A stretch of 63,992 nt of DNA, counting the filler, from Hyphochytrium catenoides (taxonomy: Eukaryota > Protista > Hyphochytriomycota): the NCBI GenBank assembly GCA_900088475.1. It is 16 parts of 16 records of this genome, joined end to end, with 100 filler letters (N's around TTAATTAATTAA, not from the genome) between each part and the next. Parts side by side here need not be neighbours in the genome. Positions count along the whole stretch, not along the records: positions 25,011 to 39,489 come from FLMG01001539.1; positions 39,590 to 42,977 come from FLMG01004700.1; positions 43,078 to 45,109 come from FLMG01001980.1; positions 45,210 to 47,100 come from FLMG01001146.1; positions 47,201 to 55,047 come from FLMG01004194.1; 11 more parts are not named here. One strand, given 5' to 3'. Shown one piece after another: positions 38,384 through 49,868 of the stretch (positions are counted from its first letter, which is position 1; every line of letters starts with the position of its first letter). The translations under genes and the position numbers were made by a program. Under the pieces are notes generated by a model. It searched no databases. It had not been told where the DNA came from and saw nothing but the letters and a program-made list of their open reading frames with translations.

Positions 38384-39203
38384 TGTCCTAAAAGCCAGGC
38401 ACACAGCGGAGCCTTCGTGGGTTGACTGGCGAACTATAGCCGATTTGTACCCTCTACTGCAGCTCGGCGACTGACAGGGGAAAGAGACGAGAGGAGAAAA
38501 GGATTTCAACAGTCAACAGGCAGTCTCAGCAAACTCAACGCATGGCGGGTGATTCCAATAGAGTAGCATCGGGGCTTTTTCTGAGGTGTGGGACGATGAG
38601 AAGAGGTCCTTCTACTAGAAGAGAGGTCAGTCTCTTTCTGCTTGTAGCTGCGGCCCGGATGATTGCCGACGACGTATTTGGGCCATGACAGAAGACTCGC
38701 AAGAAAGGAACAGTGAGATAAAGAAGAGCGATAGGAGGAGATGACGAAGAGGAGGAGACAATGTGGGATGAGAGCGAGGAAGAGAGAAGAAGCTGGGTAA
38801 GCGAAAGGTGTTACGGTGATGAGATGACGAGCTAGAGGAGGATTTGCTCGTTGAGTCTCATGTCCAGCAGAGTCATTCATGCATTGTGTTACCGGTCCTT
38901 ACTCTTGTGGGAAGAGGTAGCTGAGAAGAGTGATACGTCGGCATCGGCGAAGGATAACGGTAAGGACGAGGGCTTGCAACGGAAGGGACGGCTCCCTTCT
39001 TCTTCTCTTCTTTCCTCTCCTCTCAACTCTCTTCAGGGTTCCCGCTCCATCTCCCTTCTATACAAGCTCACAATAGCTTTTTTTTCCACTTAGTCCACAG
39101 ACCTTCCGCTCTCTCTTCTTCGATAATTTTCTGTTAGGTGGCCTAAGTTTCTTTTTGCGGAAGAGAAGGACCACAGAGGGTGGTGGCAGTCCGATTGGAA
39201 GAA

Positions 39204-39283
<80 letters not shown>

Positions 39284-39445
39284 CAGAAGAGTTGTAGAAG
39301 GGTCGGGAGAAATTTGTTGGAAAGAAGAGAGAGACGGTAAAGGATGGGCATAGAGATAGACACCTTTAGCAACAAGGACCGTTCAGACAGCAGCTACATT
39401 CAAGGCTGCGGATACGAGGCTGTTAAGTGATGATGATAAAGAAAG

Positions 39446-39478
<33 letters not shown>

Positions 39479-39589
39479 GGAGAGAGAGANNNNNNNNNNN
39501 NNNNNNNNNNNNNNNNNNNNNNNNNNNNNNNNNTTAATTAATTAANNNNNNNNNNNNNNNNNNNNNNNNNNNNNNNNNNNNNNNNNNNN

Positions 39590-40006
39590 TGTCCCAGATC
39601 TGAAGCTTGATCTTCTTTCCTTCCGATTCTATTGTCTTTATCTTGAAGTCAATCCTATGAGACAGATAGAAGTGTCCGTGAGGGAGAGAAAGAGAGACAG
39701 AGAGAGGGAAGACACACAAGAGAGAAAGTGAGAGAGAGAGAGAGAGAAGACAAGATATATGGCGACGGACACAGGAAAAATATCGTTGCAGAGAGGCAGA
39801 GTGGGAGCAAGGAGGAAGAGAGAGAAAAGATAAGAAATGACGTGCAGCTGCTGCGAAAAACACAACTAGATGAAGAGAAAGGTAAGCTCACGCTCAAACC
39901 TGAAGGTCTAAGAGAAAGAGACACACCTAAAGACACCACACACAGAGAGAGAGAGAGAGAAAGAGAGAGGGGGACAGAGAGAGAGAGAGAGAGAGAGAGG
40001 GGGGAG

Positions 40007-40093
<87 letters not shown>

Positions 40094-40504
40094 GGGATAG
40101 AAAACAAAATGAGCAGGAGACGATATAAAAGAGAAGAAGCAGGGAGGCCATGATCTCCACCTACCCGATGGTGGTGATGAAGGAGGTGGTGAAAGAATCG
40201 TCCGAGTACCGGAGAAGAAGGCAACTCTTTCCGACGCCTGTAAAAAGAGAGAGAGAGAGAGTTAGGCTTGAGAGAGAACAAGAGGGAAAGAGAGAGTGAA
40301 AGAGAGAGAGACGCCGGCTGGAGTTCTGATGTAAGAACTTTGTCCAAGAGGAGTTGCACTGAAGGGTAGAGAGTGCAGTCCAGGGCAGAGGGGTGTGAGA
40401 GAGAGAGAGAGAGAGAGATCTCCACTAAGTATTTTCCACCCACCGCTGTCTCCAATGAGGAGAAGCTTGATGAGCATGTCATACTTCTGCTTGGCTTGAG
40501 ACAT
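39590..40504 (-). CDS. RAB8: Rab8/Sec4/RabE-type small GTPase, 5' exons (40504-40444, 40237-40165, 39654-39590)
   Basis: Spliced: [20 protein letters not shown]|[25 protein letters not shown]|[21 protein letters not shown]. Confidence 0.9.
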
Positions 40505-41041
40505 CCCGAGTACAGCCTTCTCTCTCTCCTACGAGAGAATGCCGACTTTTTTTCTCTCTTCTCTCCCGATTTTTTAGTTCTATTGTCTCCTCCGTCCTTG
40601 CAAACGGGAAGAGGCAAAGAGCAGGAGACGCGCAGACGAAGAGACTATGGATCTGCAGGTCTTCAAGGTGCTTGGTCTGGCAGAGAGGAAAAGAGGAATA
40701 AAGGTCTCTTCTTCCTCCTAATTATAGAAAAGCCTTCTTTCTCTCTCTCTCTCGTCTCTCTTCCTCTTGTCTCTCGGGCATTTGTGTTACCTCAGCCTCT
40801 GCTAGAAAGAGTGCATGCGGGAAGGAGCTTTGAGAAAGAGGCTGAAGGTGGATGACAAGGAAAGACAGAGCGACAAGCAAGAGCCAGAACAGACAGCGTA
40901 GGAGATGTGGGATGAGGGGAACAAGAGGCAGAGACAGTGAGGTAGAGAAAGAGAGACAGCAGGAAACCAACGACAAAGGAAGAGAGTGAGAGAGGGAACA
41001 AGAACGAAGAGAAGAGTAGGAGGAAGAGAGAGAGAGAAAGC

Positions 41042-41091
<50 letters not shown>

Positions 41092-42014
41092 NNNNNATAA
41101 CGAAAGCTTCAGTTTATATACTAAAGTAAGAAAGTTTCATCAAAGGCTGTCAGGAATCGGGATAAGCTGTTCTGTATAAACTATACATTTGTCCTACAGA
41201 TCCAATATATAGTTGGCCTGGCTCATCACTTTTGGACGATCTACGAAATAGCGCTTGTCCTCCTGGGAGGCCGGGGTTACCCCTGCACACTTGAAGCGCA
41301 TTGAGCCACTAAACACAGGGGTATAGACCCAGAATTCTGGTGAGTACCGCCGTAAAGCCTATCAGGTGGGCTTTTCTTGAAGGCAACCAGTTCGGAGCTT
41401 TTAGTCTTGAAAGCGACAGGGACGGGGAAGAGGGAAGAGAGAGAGAGAGAGAGAGAAAAAGAGAAAAGAGACAGAGAGAGAGAAACAGACAGAAGAAGAG
41501 AGAGGCAGAGAAAGAGAGAAAGAGAAAGACAGAACAGAGAGAGACGGACATACTGAGAGAGAGAGTGTGAGAAAGAGGAAAGAGAGAGAGTGTGAGACAG
41601 AGAGAAGAGAGAGAAAATGAGGGATAGGTAGAGAGATAGGTAGAGAGATAGGGAGAGAGAGACATAGACAGAGACATAGAGAGAGAGAGAGANNNNNNNN
41701 NNNNNNNNNNNNNNNNNNNNNNNNNNNNNAGAGAGAGAGAGAAAACGAGGAAGTCTGTGGCAAGAGCAAAAGACGAGGTCCTTTATAACTTGCTGCTGAC
41801 AAATCTTGGGCGGCAGGTTCTTTGATGGACAATGGCTGCGCGGCGTTCTGACGCAGCAGCGCTTAAAGAGCGCGGCGAGGAGGATTGCAAACCGAGCTCG
41901 CCAAGAATAAGAGAAGGGGGCACAGAGTGAGGAGGAAGAGGAGTGACTGGGACTGAAGTTGCATCAGCCGGATCTAGGCACAGGACGTTCTTGGCTCAGT
42001 CTCTTTCCAAGCAG

Positions 42015-42069
<55 letters not shown>

Positions 42070-42589
42070 TTCTCTCTCTCTTTCTCTCTCTCCTCTCTCT
42101 GGTTAAGCCGATCTTAGGGGTCGGCAGAGAAGCGTCGAGCCGGAAGAGCAGCTCATCCCCATGAGGGGTTGTACGCCCTCGACGGGCATCGAATCTTCTT
42201 CCTAGACTTACCTGAAGACCTCCGTCTCTCTCCCAGTCTCTCTCTCTCTTTCCGGCTCTTTCTTCGCCCTCTCTCTTCTTTCCTCTGCCATCACACTTGC
42301 TTCATCTTTCTTCCCCTGCCTGTATATCGCTCTGTGACTGCCACATTCTCACTGCTACCGTGGCCCTCACAAGTGAGAGAGATTGTGCAAAGCCAGGGGC
42401 GATCTTGTGAAAGGAAGGATGGTAAACATCTTGGCAGTATGCTACTCAGGTGAAGATGCTCTGCTTCGCTTTCTCCTCTCACGCTCTCTATCCTAACTCT
42501 CCTTCCCTGTGATTTTCCCTACTCTGCCTCCTTCTCTTTCACTATCTTCTCTCTTTTGCAACATCTGGACCAATTTTCCACAGAGTCAG

Positions 42590-42629
<40 letters not shown>

Positions 42630-42693
42630 TCGCGTTATCTATCTATCTATCTCCCTCCCTCTCTTTCTCTCTCTTTCTTTCTTTCTCTCTTAA

Positions 42694-42727
<34 letters not shown>

Positions 42728-45209
42728 CTTACAAGCGCGCACCCTTCTCTCTCTCTTTCATGGTTCTCCACTCTATCTCTTCTCCAATATAACTTACAGT
42801 ATCATCCTGTGCTTGTCTCTCTTCTCTCTCGGTTGGGCACCCAGTGTTCCCTCTCTCTCATGTCTCTCTCAACTCCCTTTCTAACGTCTCTGCTTCTTTT
42901 TCCGCGTTCCATCACAGTGGCCTTTGGCGTAGTGTCTCTGGCCTGTATGTTTGAGATCTACAAGAGCTATTTGTAAGNNNNNNNNNNNNNNNNNNNNNNN
43001 NNNNNNNNNNNNNNNNNNNNNTTAATTAATTAANNNNNNNNNNNNNNNNNNNNNNNNNNNNNNNNNNNNNNNNNNNNCCCTCTCTCCTTCCCTACTAAGC
43101 ACACCCTCGCTCTATGCCAACTATTAACAATCGTCTTGCAGATAGCCCAAAAAGCTCTCAGTCACCAATCCTGTTTGTGTGTAACAGCCTGGGCAGTCCC
43201 CATGAGTTGCAGGCCACATAAGGTGACCTTCCAGATCTATGTTTATTGCTTCTCTGCCATGGTCTTCATAACCCTCTGTTTATCATCATCATCGTTGCCT
43301 TGTTCCCTTTCCTTCCCACCATCATCGCCTTTCGCTTTACTTCTGAGAAGTGAACAAATGCCTTAGCGATCCTTCTCTTGCTGCGGGCAACTACCTGCTA
43401 TCACCCTCTTCTAGTTTTTTTGCTGTCATATGCTTTTTCTCTAACTCACCGGCTTTCCCGTCTCCTCCGCTGACTCGGGGACATAGAAACGGACCTGACT
43501 TTCAAGCGTATGGAACACAAAGCAGGCTGACTCAGGGACATCCTTTGGCCTTCGGTCACCGCAGGAGTCGTTAGACTCTGATGAGCCAACCAGTGCATGG
43601 TAACGGTGGAGAATCCTATTCCTTATTGCAGTCTTCGCCTCCTGTCTTCTGGAATGCGTTGGCGGATTATCTCTTAACTCCTCTTCTCTTCTTTCTCTCC
43701 TTCTCTTTTCTTGCTCTTCTGTCTCAGATAGTAGAGGTGCCTTGCTGATAACTGTCTTTTGCTTATGCAAACTACAGAGGTTGACGATACTACTTATGCT
43801 TCCTGTCATTGTAAATCCTGCTGAGCAGAAGAGTAGGAAGTGAAGACTCAGGCTTCTTGAACGAACAAGAGAGCTCGTTGGCATGCTGCCTTCTCATCAA
43901 GCCTTCAACGGACCAGCATATCAGATGGTCTAAGTAGGGCCTCACCGACATCTGCTAGCTTTCCTCGGAAGGTCAGAAGCTTCATTTGGTCGGGGACGAT
44001 CTGGCAAAAGTTTCTCCCTCCTCGTACCCTCGCCTACTTTCCCTCTAGTGGTCATGCTTGTTATTATATTGTCTATAGAGTTTCGAATTTGTGCCCATGA
44101 GTCCCCGTCTGTCTTCTCTGACATGACAGCTGCCGCTTCTAACGCTTCTACTGTAGAGTACAATCACGTTGCTTGCGTCTTTTTATGCTCTATCCCATTT
44201 CGTTTCTCTCCATTATCACCTCCCTCTCTCTCTTTTTAAGGTCGTTGCCCTTATGCTGTCATTATCGCTTCTCTTTCACTTCAATAATCATCTTTTCTTT
44301 CCTATGGGCATCTCCTTTCTAAGCGTTCTTGTTATCACACCGAGCGGCTGTTACAAGCTCTGCGCCTCTTTCGTGCTCTAAGTCTTTCCCTTTCTATTGG
44401 GACTACAAATCTCTTACAGCCCACTCTGCTTTTCTTGCTGCACCATTCTTTCATCTTCTCTTTTTCAATCACTGAGTCTTTCTCCTTTTCACCGTGTCCA
44501 TTGCCATACCAGCCCTGTTACTCCTCCTCCTTATTTGGTTCTAGCAGATTAGGGAGCAAAGAACTATTGAATGGATCATAAAGGCGTTCCGCTTATTATG
44601 TCCCCTTCCTGGTGGTGCCAACCTTTTCACCTGCACATTATTCACTTCCCTCGACTATCATCCTCTCTCTCTGTCTCCTCCTTACTATACAAGATGTTGG
44701 CCGTCCCGACGAAGAGCTTCAATTGTTTTCCTTTTCAGATGTAACCAGCATAAAATCAAGAGAGCATGTTATTGACAAAAGTCTTGGAAACTTTTCCTTA
44801 GACGACCTGAAGGGGAGGCGGGCCTTAATGGTTACCCGCTGTAGGTGCATAGGTCAAGAAGTAGAGAAGTTGATATACAGTGCCCAGCTGGATTTGACGT
44901 GAGCAGCCCAAGGTACTTAAGGTGGTGAGCAACGGAAGGAAGGAGAGAAATGTTAAATTTAGGGCACCAGGGTTACATAGGAGGCGAGTTGCAGTCTGAA
45001 GTGAAGGTCCCATCACCCATTATAAAACAGCAGGGTCGATCTGTCATGCCATAAATGACGAAGTAGCTAATCAGGTGGCAAGAAAGTACAGGTTATAGGC
45101 GTACGTGGGNNNNNNNNNNNNNNNNNNNNNNNNNNNNNNNNNNNNNNNNNNNNTTAATTAATTAANNNNNNNNNNNNNNNNNNNNNNNNNNNNNNNNNNN
45201 NNNNNNNNN

Positions 45210-45455
45210 CACGTTGTCTAGTTCTTCTGGAGAGTAACTGTGTCTCGTATAAACTACTAGACCCAGTTACTACTTCTTGACGTCATATGATGACTTACCG
45301 GATGATAATAACCTAGTTATAATAACTCTGAAACACTTTGTTTTGTGCCTTCTTCCTCTTGTCAGATAGAGTCTGGAACTGTGAGCCTTTTACAGCTCTT
45401 GTCAGCTTCTGCTCTCAACCTGTACTACTGACAACGAACATTGTAGCACTCAACA
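45210..45455 (-). repeat. LTR-related segment in opposite orientation
   Basis: 45421-45455 is the exact reverse complement of 15266-15300 (the LTR start); the sequences diverge beyond that. Confidence 0.65.
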
Positions 45456-45479
45456 GATGACATGCGAAGACATCTCAAC

Positions 45480-46138
45480 AGCATCACGCACCGTACCGTG
45501 GTTGAGGACATGTTGCAGCAAGACGATTTTTTCGAGAAACTGCACATCGCAGCGATCCTGAAGAGCCTCCCGACATCCTTCGAGTCCACAGTCAAGGCGA
45601 TTCACGTTCGCGGCACGGAAAGATGAAGGCTGAGGATATCAACGACATCCGCATCCAAGAAATGCGTAGGAGCCATGGGCGAAGCGGAACGTGGTGCGCC
45701 CTCAGCGGCATACACCGTACAGAAGCACGACAAGGCACCACGCACACCGTGCCAACATTGCAGACGCAAGACTCATAGGTCAGAAGACTGCTGGGAGTTG
45801 GAGGCGAATGCACATCGCCGTCCAAGCAAATGGAGATCCGTCAAGGAGGGACGAGACGCAAAGAAGTTTACCTCCTCTATCATTGCCCTCCTTGTGCACA
45901 CTCTTGATGCTGATGACAGGGCTAAACTAATTAGTACACTCCAGGATTCCAACGATGGAACTGTCTGACCGTCCACTACTATTTTCAACTGCTCACGAAC
46001 GCAACAATGGATTATCGATAGTGGCGCGTCTGATCACGTCACTGGTGAAAAGAGCTGGTTGAAGACGAAAGGTGAAGTTATGGCTGTTGTATGTTCAGCT
46101 TCGACCCTTCACAAGAGGGAGTTCGAGCTGCGGGGAGG
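45480..46138 (+). mobile_element. Internally deleted copia element: gag knuckle, protease, tiny integrase remnant, PPT
   Basis: CQHCRRKTHRSEDC; WIIDSGASDHVTG; cgaaaggtgaagttatggc shared with the integrase at ~13376; gcggggagg followed by TGTTGG at 46139. Confidence 0.85.
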
Positions 46139-46290
46139 TGTTGGAGTCTGAGGACACTAGCTATGTGGACCTACAAGCTGGCAAGCTTAACTACCAAAGT
46201 TTCAGTTCTAAATGTTAGATTTTATCATGGGGGATGGTGAGCACTTTGAACTAATATTGGGGGGTGTCTGGATATACCGGAGAAAAGTTC

Positions 46291-46371
46291 TGTACGCTCC
46301 GGGATTCGAACCCAGGACCTCTGTCTTTGATGTCGACACCCTAACCAGTATGCACCATACACCAAACGTAC
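46291..46371 (-). tRNA. tRNA-like gene or pseudogene with non-canonical anticodon arm (identity unresolved)
   Basis: Acceptor stem GTACGTT/AGCGTAC plus A; A-box TGGTGTATGG; T-arm CTGGG-TTCGAAT-CCCGG; AGGTC variable loop; TTTT 4 nt downstream; ~9 extra nt in the anticodon region. Confidence 0.65.
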
Positions 46372-46662
46372 TCTTGACTAATCTCCGTTTTTGTTTATTC
46401 AATTCCCCTCTGCGTCGTTCGCTGTACACTTTTTGGTTTCAGCGTCGATTACAGTTCAACATAAGCCAACTTAACTACCCAGGTTACAGCTCCAAACTCT
46501 CATTAGAAGCCGAGATATGAAGCAAACGAAAACTGTCCCTGTTTATATCTAAGGCCTATGGTCAGTACCCAGGAATATCTTCAAGTCTGACTGTTCTAGA
46601 CAGGGAGTTCTCTATGACTGAATATCTTAGGGTTAATTAGGAATAGTTGGCATAGTCAGAAT

Positions 46663-47018
46663 TGTTGAGTGCTACGATATTCGTCGTCAGTAGTACTACA
46701 GTAGTCACTCTCTATACACAACTAGCTCTCAGGGACATAGACGTTACGGGTACACCTGTGTTATGGGAAAGAGGGTGTGAGAAGAATTTCCAGAAGAACA
46801 CAGGAGCAGCAGAGGAGAGAGAGATGATGAGGGAAGCTGGGCCGAGCAAAGATCTCGAGTCCAGACCAGGCTCTCAGGACTGAGTGATCATTCAGAGAAT
46901 TCTCCACACCCATCAATACCAAGTCCCTTTGTTATCATTGCATCTAGATTGCGCTCATACAGAAGCTTCAGGCATTGCCACCCAGCTCTGTAAAGTTCAT
47001 CAGGTTATGTTAGGCCCA
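46663..47018 (+). mobile_element. Copia LTR (TG…CA, 46663-47002) followed by a putative PBS
   Basis: TGTTGAG…TTCATCA then GGTTATGttaGGCCCA, resembling the copia half-tRNAiMet PBS GGTTATGGGCCCA. Confidence 0.65.
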
Positions 47019-47200
47019 CACTCGCAGTTGGTCGTGACGGTTGCTTCTCCTCTTCTCAGTTGAGCTGCTAGAGTGACGATCCTGTCACATCCAACAATGA
47101 NNNNNNNNNNNNNNNNNNNNNNNNNNNNNNNNNNNNNNNNNNNNTTAATTAATTAANNNNNNNNNNNNNNNNNNNNNNNNNNNNNNNNNNNNNNNNNNNN

Positions 47201-48256
47201 CTGTGGCACCGCTATCAATGATCCACCGTGCTGCGGTGTTGTTCTCTGTGAAAGCCACTTTTGCGTGTGATTTTGGAGGTGAATTCTTTTTCGTTTTCGT
47301 CGGCAGAAGGAGAAGACTTGGTATAAGCGACAATTCCAAGAGAGTTGATCAGCTCCTCCCGCTGATCCGCGTCAAGGGCATTAATAAAGGCCGCAAATGC
47401 AGCTGCAGGCTTTCCAGCTGGCTTACTATCTTTACCCTTAGTGCGCGATTTCCACCCCGCCCGTCGACGATGCGCATTGGCCTCCAATTCCCAACAAAGT
47501 TCCGCACGATGGGTCCTTCCATTGCAATGAGGACAAGGATTGCGTCTTCCTTTTCCGGGATCTCCTTTCTGAGGATCCGGGCGTTCGGTGTGATAAGCTC
47601 CTCTCTCACCAGTAGTAGCCTCCTGCTGCGCAGCTACAGCTCTACGGCGATTAATCTCATTGATGAGAATCTCTTCCACTTCATCAGCAGTCAGGGTGCC
47701 AGTGCTGCGGACCTGAATTGCTTCTACAGTGCCCCGACATGATACTGGCAACCCCATTAGGCTAGATCCAATGAGGAGCTTGTCACTGAAGTCTTCGTTG
47801 GTCATCATCTCTTTGAGCAAATCGCATTGTCTGCGTTGTTCATCAGGTTCTTAGATCGTCTCCATCCCTATGTTTGTTGGTAAGGAAAGAAATGAGGGTT
47901 GTCACAATATTGTTGACATTGCGGCTCTCAAACTCCTCTTGCAATTTCAACCATGCCTCCCTGGCAGTTCCCTTCCTTGGTAAGAAGCGCACGAGGTTGT
48001 CGGACACGGCAAGGACAATCTTGTTGTAGGCTTTCTTGTCATCCCTGAGCCATTTTGAGTCCTGTTCACGTCTTGCGGTTTTCTTGTCCTCCTTTTTAGT
48101 GTCCGCTGTAGAGGCTCCAGAGGGTTCGGGATCCGTAATGTGGTCCAGTAGACCTAGCTCGTCCAGATAGGCTTCCATTTTGACCCTCCAGATAGGGTAG
48201 TCGTCTCGGCCTTGAAGCTTGTTGATGGATAGAGTTCCTGAGGTTTGAGAGTCCAT
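47201..48256 (-). mobile_element. Ty1/copia gag and protease start, frameshifted
   Basis: INKLQGRDDYPIWRVKMEAYL, TAREAWLKLQEEF, CPHCNGRTHRAELC and WIIDSGAT at the scaffold edge; paralogous to 45480-46065. Confidence 0.92.
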
Positions 48257-48462
48257 TTTCTCTGGAAGTAGAGGGGATACGGGAGTTTTGATTGCAGGGT
48301 CGTGATCTCCGTAAAAAACTAGGTATTCCGGTATTTGTGACAGTATAATTGACAGAATTTCAAAAATGGACAACAACTCCGACCCCTGCTTATTCCCCCC
48401 TCTAGCAACGGCTGTTGTGAACGCTGGGTGAGAACTGTCATGCAGGCGACGAGATGCCTTCT

Positions 48463-48570
48463 CACTGTAAACCCCAAATCGTGCACTTTTGGGTCATTCT
48501 GTTGAAAAACGATCACTTTTCAGTCACTTTGGCCTCAGAAATCGGTCAAAACCATCACTTTCCAGTCACT
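48463..48570 (+). repeat. Putative CACTG terminal inverted repeat with subterminal direct repeats
   Basis: CACTGTAAACCCC start; aacgatcacttttcagtcact / aaccatcactttccagtcact repeats; lies downstream of the EnSpm-type transposase. Confidence 0.55.
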
Positions 48571-49868
48571 CTTGTTCGCTGTACAGGTGGTGTTTGTGAA
48601 CGGGGCCAGTGTACACCCCCACCCATCCGAACCCACCCATCATTCTGGAAAAGCTCAATCAAGGGAAATCGCCAGGAAATAGACACCAGGTGTGGGGTGG
48701 GGCCCAACAGGTAGTAAAGCTGTATATAGGGGGAACCCCGACCCTTCTGGTAGCGTCTTCGCTGTCACCTGCTGTAACAAGTGGTCTTTACGAGCTCAGC
48801 CTTCACTTCCTTCACTTCGCTTCCCATCGCATGAAGCCCATCTTCCAAGTCAATCAGCAGAAAACGACCACAAGAAGCTTCGTGGTCGTCGGACCAGCAT
48901 CAGCAGCAGAGGAAGCTAGGACCGACCGGGCACCACCTGATGACTCGATATGCTCTCTTTGATCCAAACTGAGAGTTAAGACATGCTCTCTTCATCTGGC
49001 TTTCGTAAAGGTAGCGGTCATGAGACCAAATGAATCGAGAAAGAAGCCTGGTAGTAAGTAACCTTCAGTGTCGAGGAGAAACGACGGCAACAACAACTGA
49101 TATTGGCTTTCTTGATGCAGTGTTCCTAGTGCCAGGTTTAGCCTAGATCAGCTGCATCTCGGTGATACGAAGTCTAGTTGCTTAGATCTAGTCCTGCTTA
49201 CATCGTTGAGAAGCTCATGGAATCTTTATTACTCCTGCTGTCTGGCAGCAGAATCTGACTCCCTCAGGAACCTCGTAATATTGCTCCTTTTTACTCACTC
49301 CTTTCTTTGGGCAGGTGAAAAAGACAAGAAGAGCAGCCATGGGCAGCCTTGGGTCCAAAGGACAGGAGCAAAGTTGAGCGATCCTGAGCGTGAGGGAAGG
49401 CGGAAAAACTCATCTGAGGGATCTAAAATCAACAGAGAGATCTATATCAAGGAGCTTTGCCATCCCTGGGCGGCTTCCTATCTGCTGCAGCCCTAACTGG
49501 GTGGATTCCGAGCGATAGATCAGTTTATGGAGTCTTTCCATGTAAAGAGATTCCTCTTCATCGTCCGGGTTAGTACTGCTTCTTCTGTTTTGTGACTTTT
49601 TTCTGCTTGTGGGTTAGATATTATCACCAGCAGCATTCCTTCTTGAAAATCAGCCTCAGAGGCCAATAGCCAATGTGAACAATGGGAACTCTTCTGAGCT
49701 GCTGTGCTACTACAGCGCTAGGATTCACTACTAGGCTATATTCCTTCATCGACTAAATCGAAGCTGTTCCTTTATCTGTTGTTTAGAAAGTGTTCTCCTC
49801 ACGGTACGCCTTTCGCACAGCATCAGATGAATGTCGTATAAACCTTCTTACTCCTATTGAAGCATGGC

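Noticed and set aside
41170-41405. Structured ncRNA (TATA-like element, several hairpins) such as snRNA or telomerase RNA
   Set aside because: No U-snRNA or template motif; the minus strand reads as a plausible terminal exon (ALRRYSPEFWVYTPVF…YILDL*) after an AG.
39058-42976. Many ORFs of LSLSLS/RERERE type (also ~3165-3720, 25751-26633, 56441-57440)
   Set aside because: These are translations of (CT)n/(AG)n/(ATAG)n microsatellites in introns and intergenic DNA.
48294-48389. Tiny hAT-like MITE (CAGGGTCG…CGACCCCTG)
   Set aside because: Short imperfect inverted repeat with no target-site duplication.
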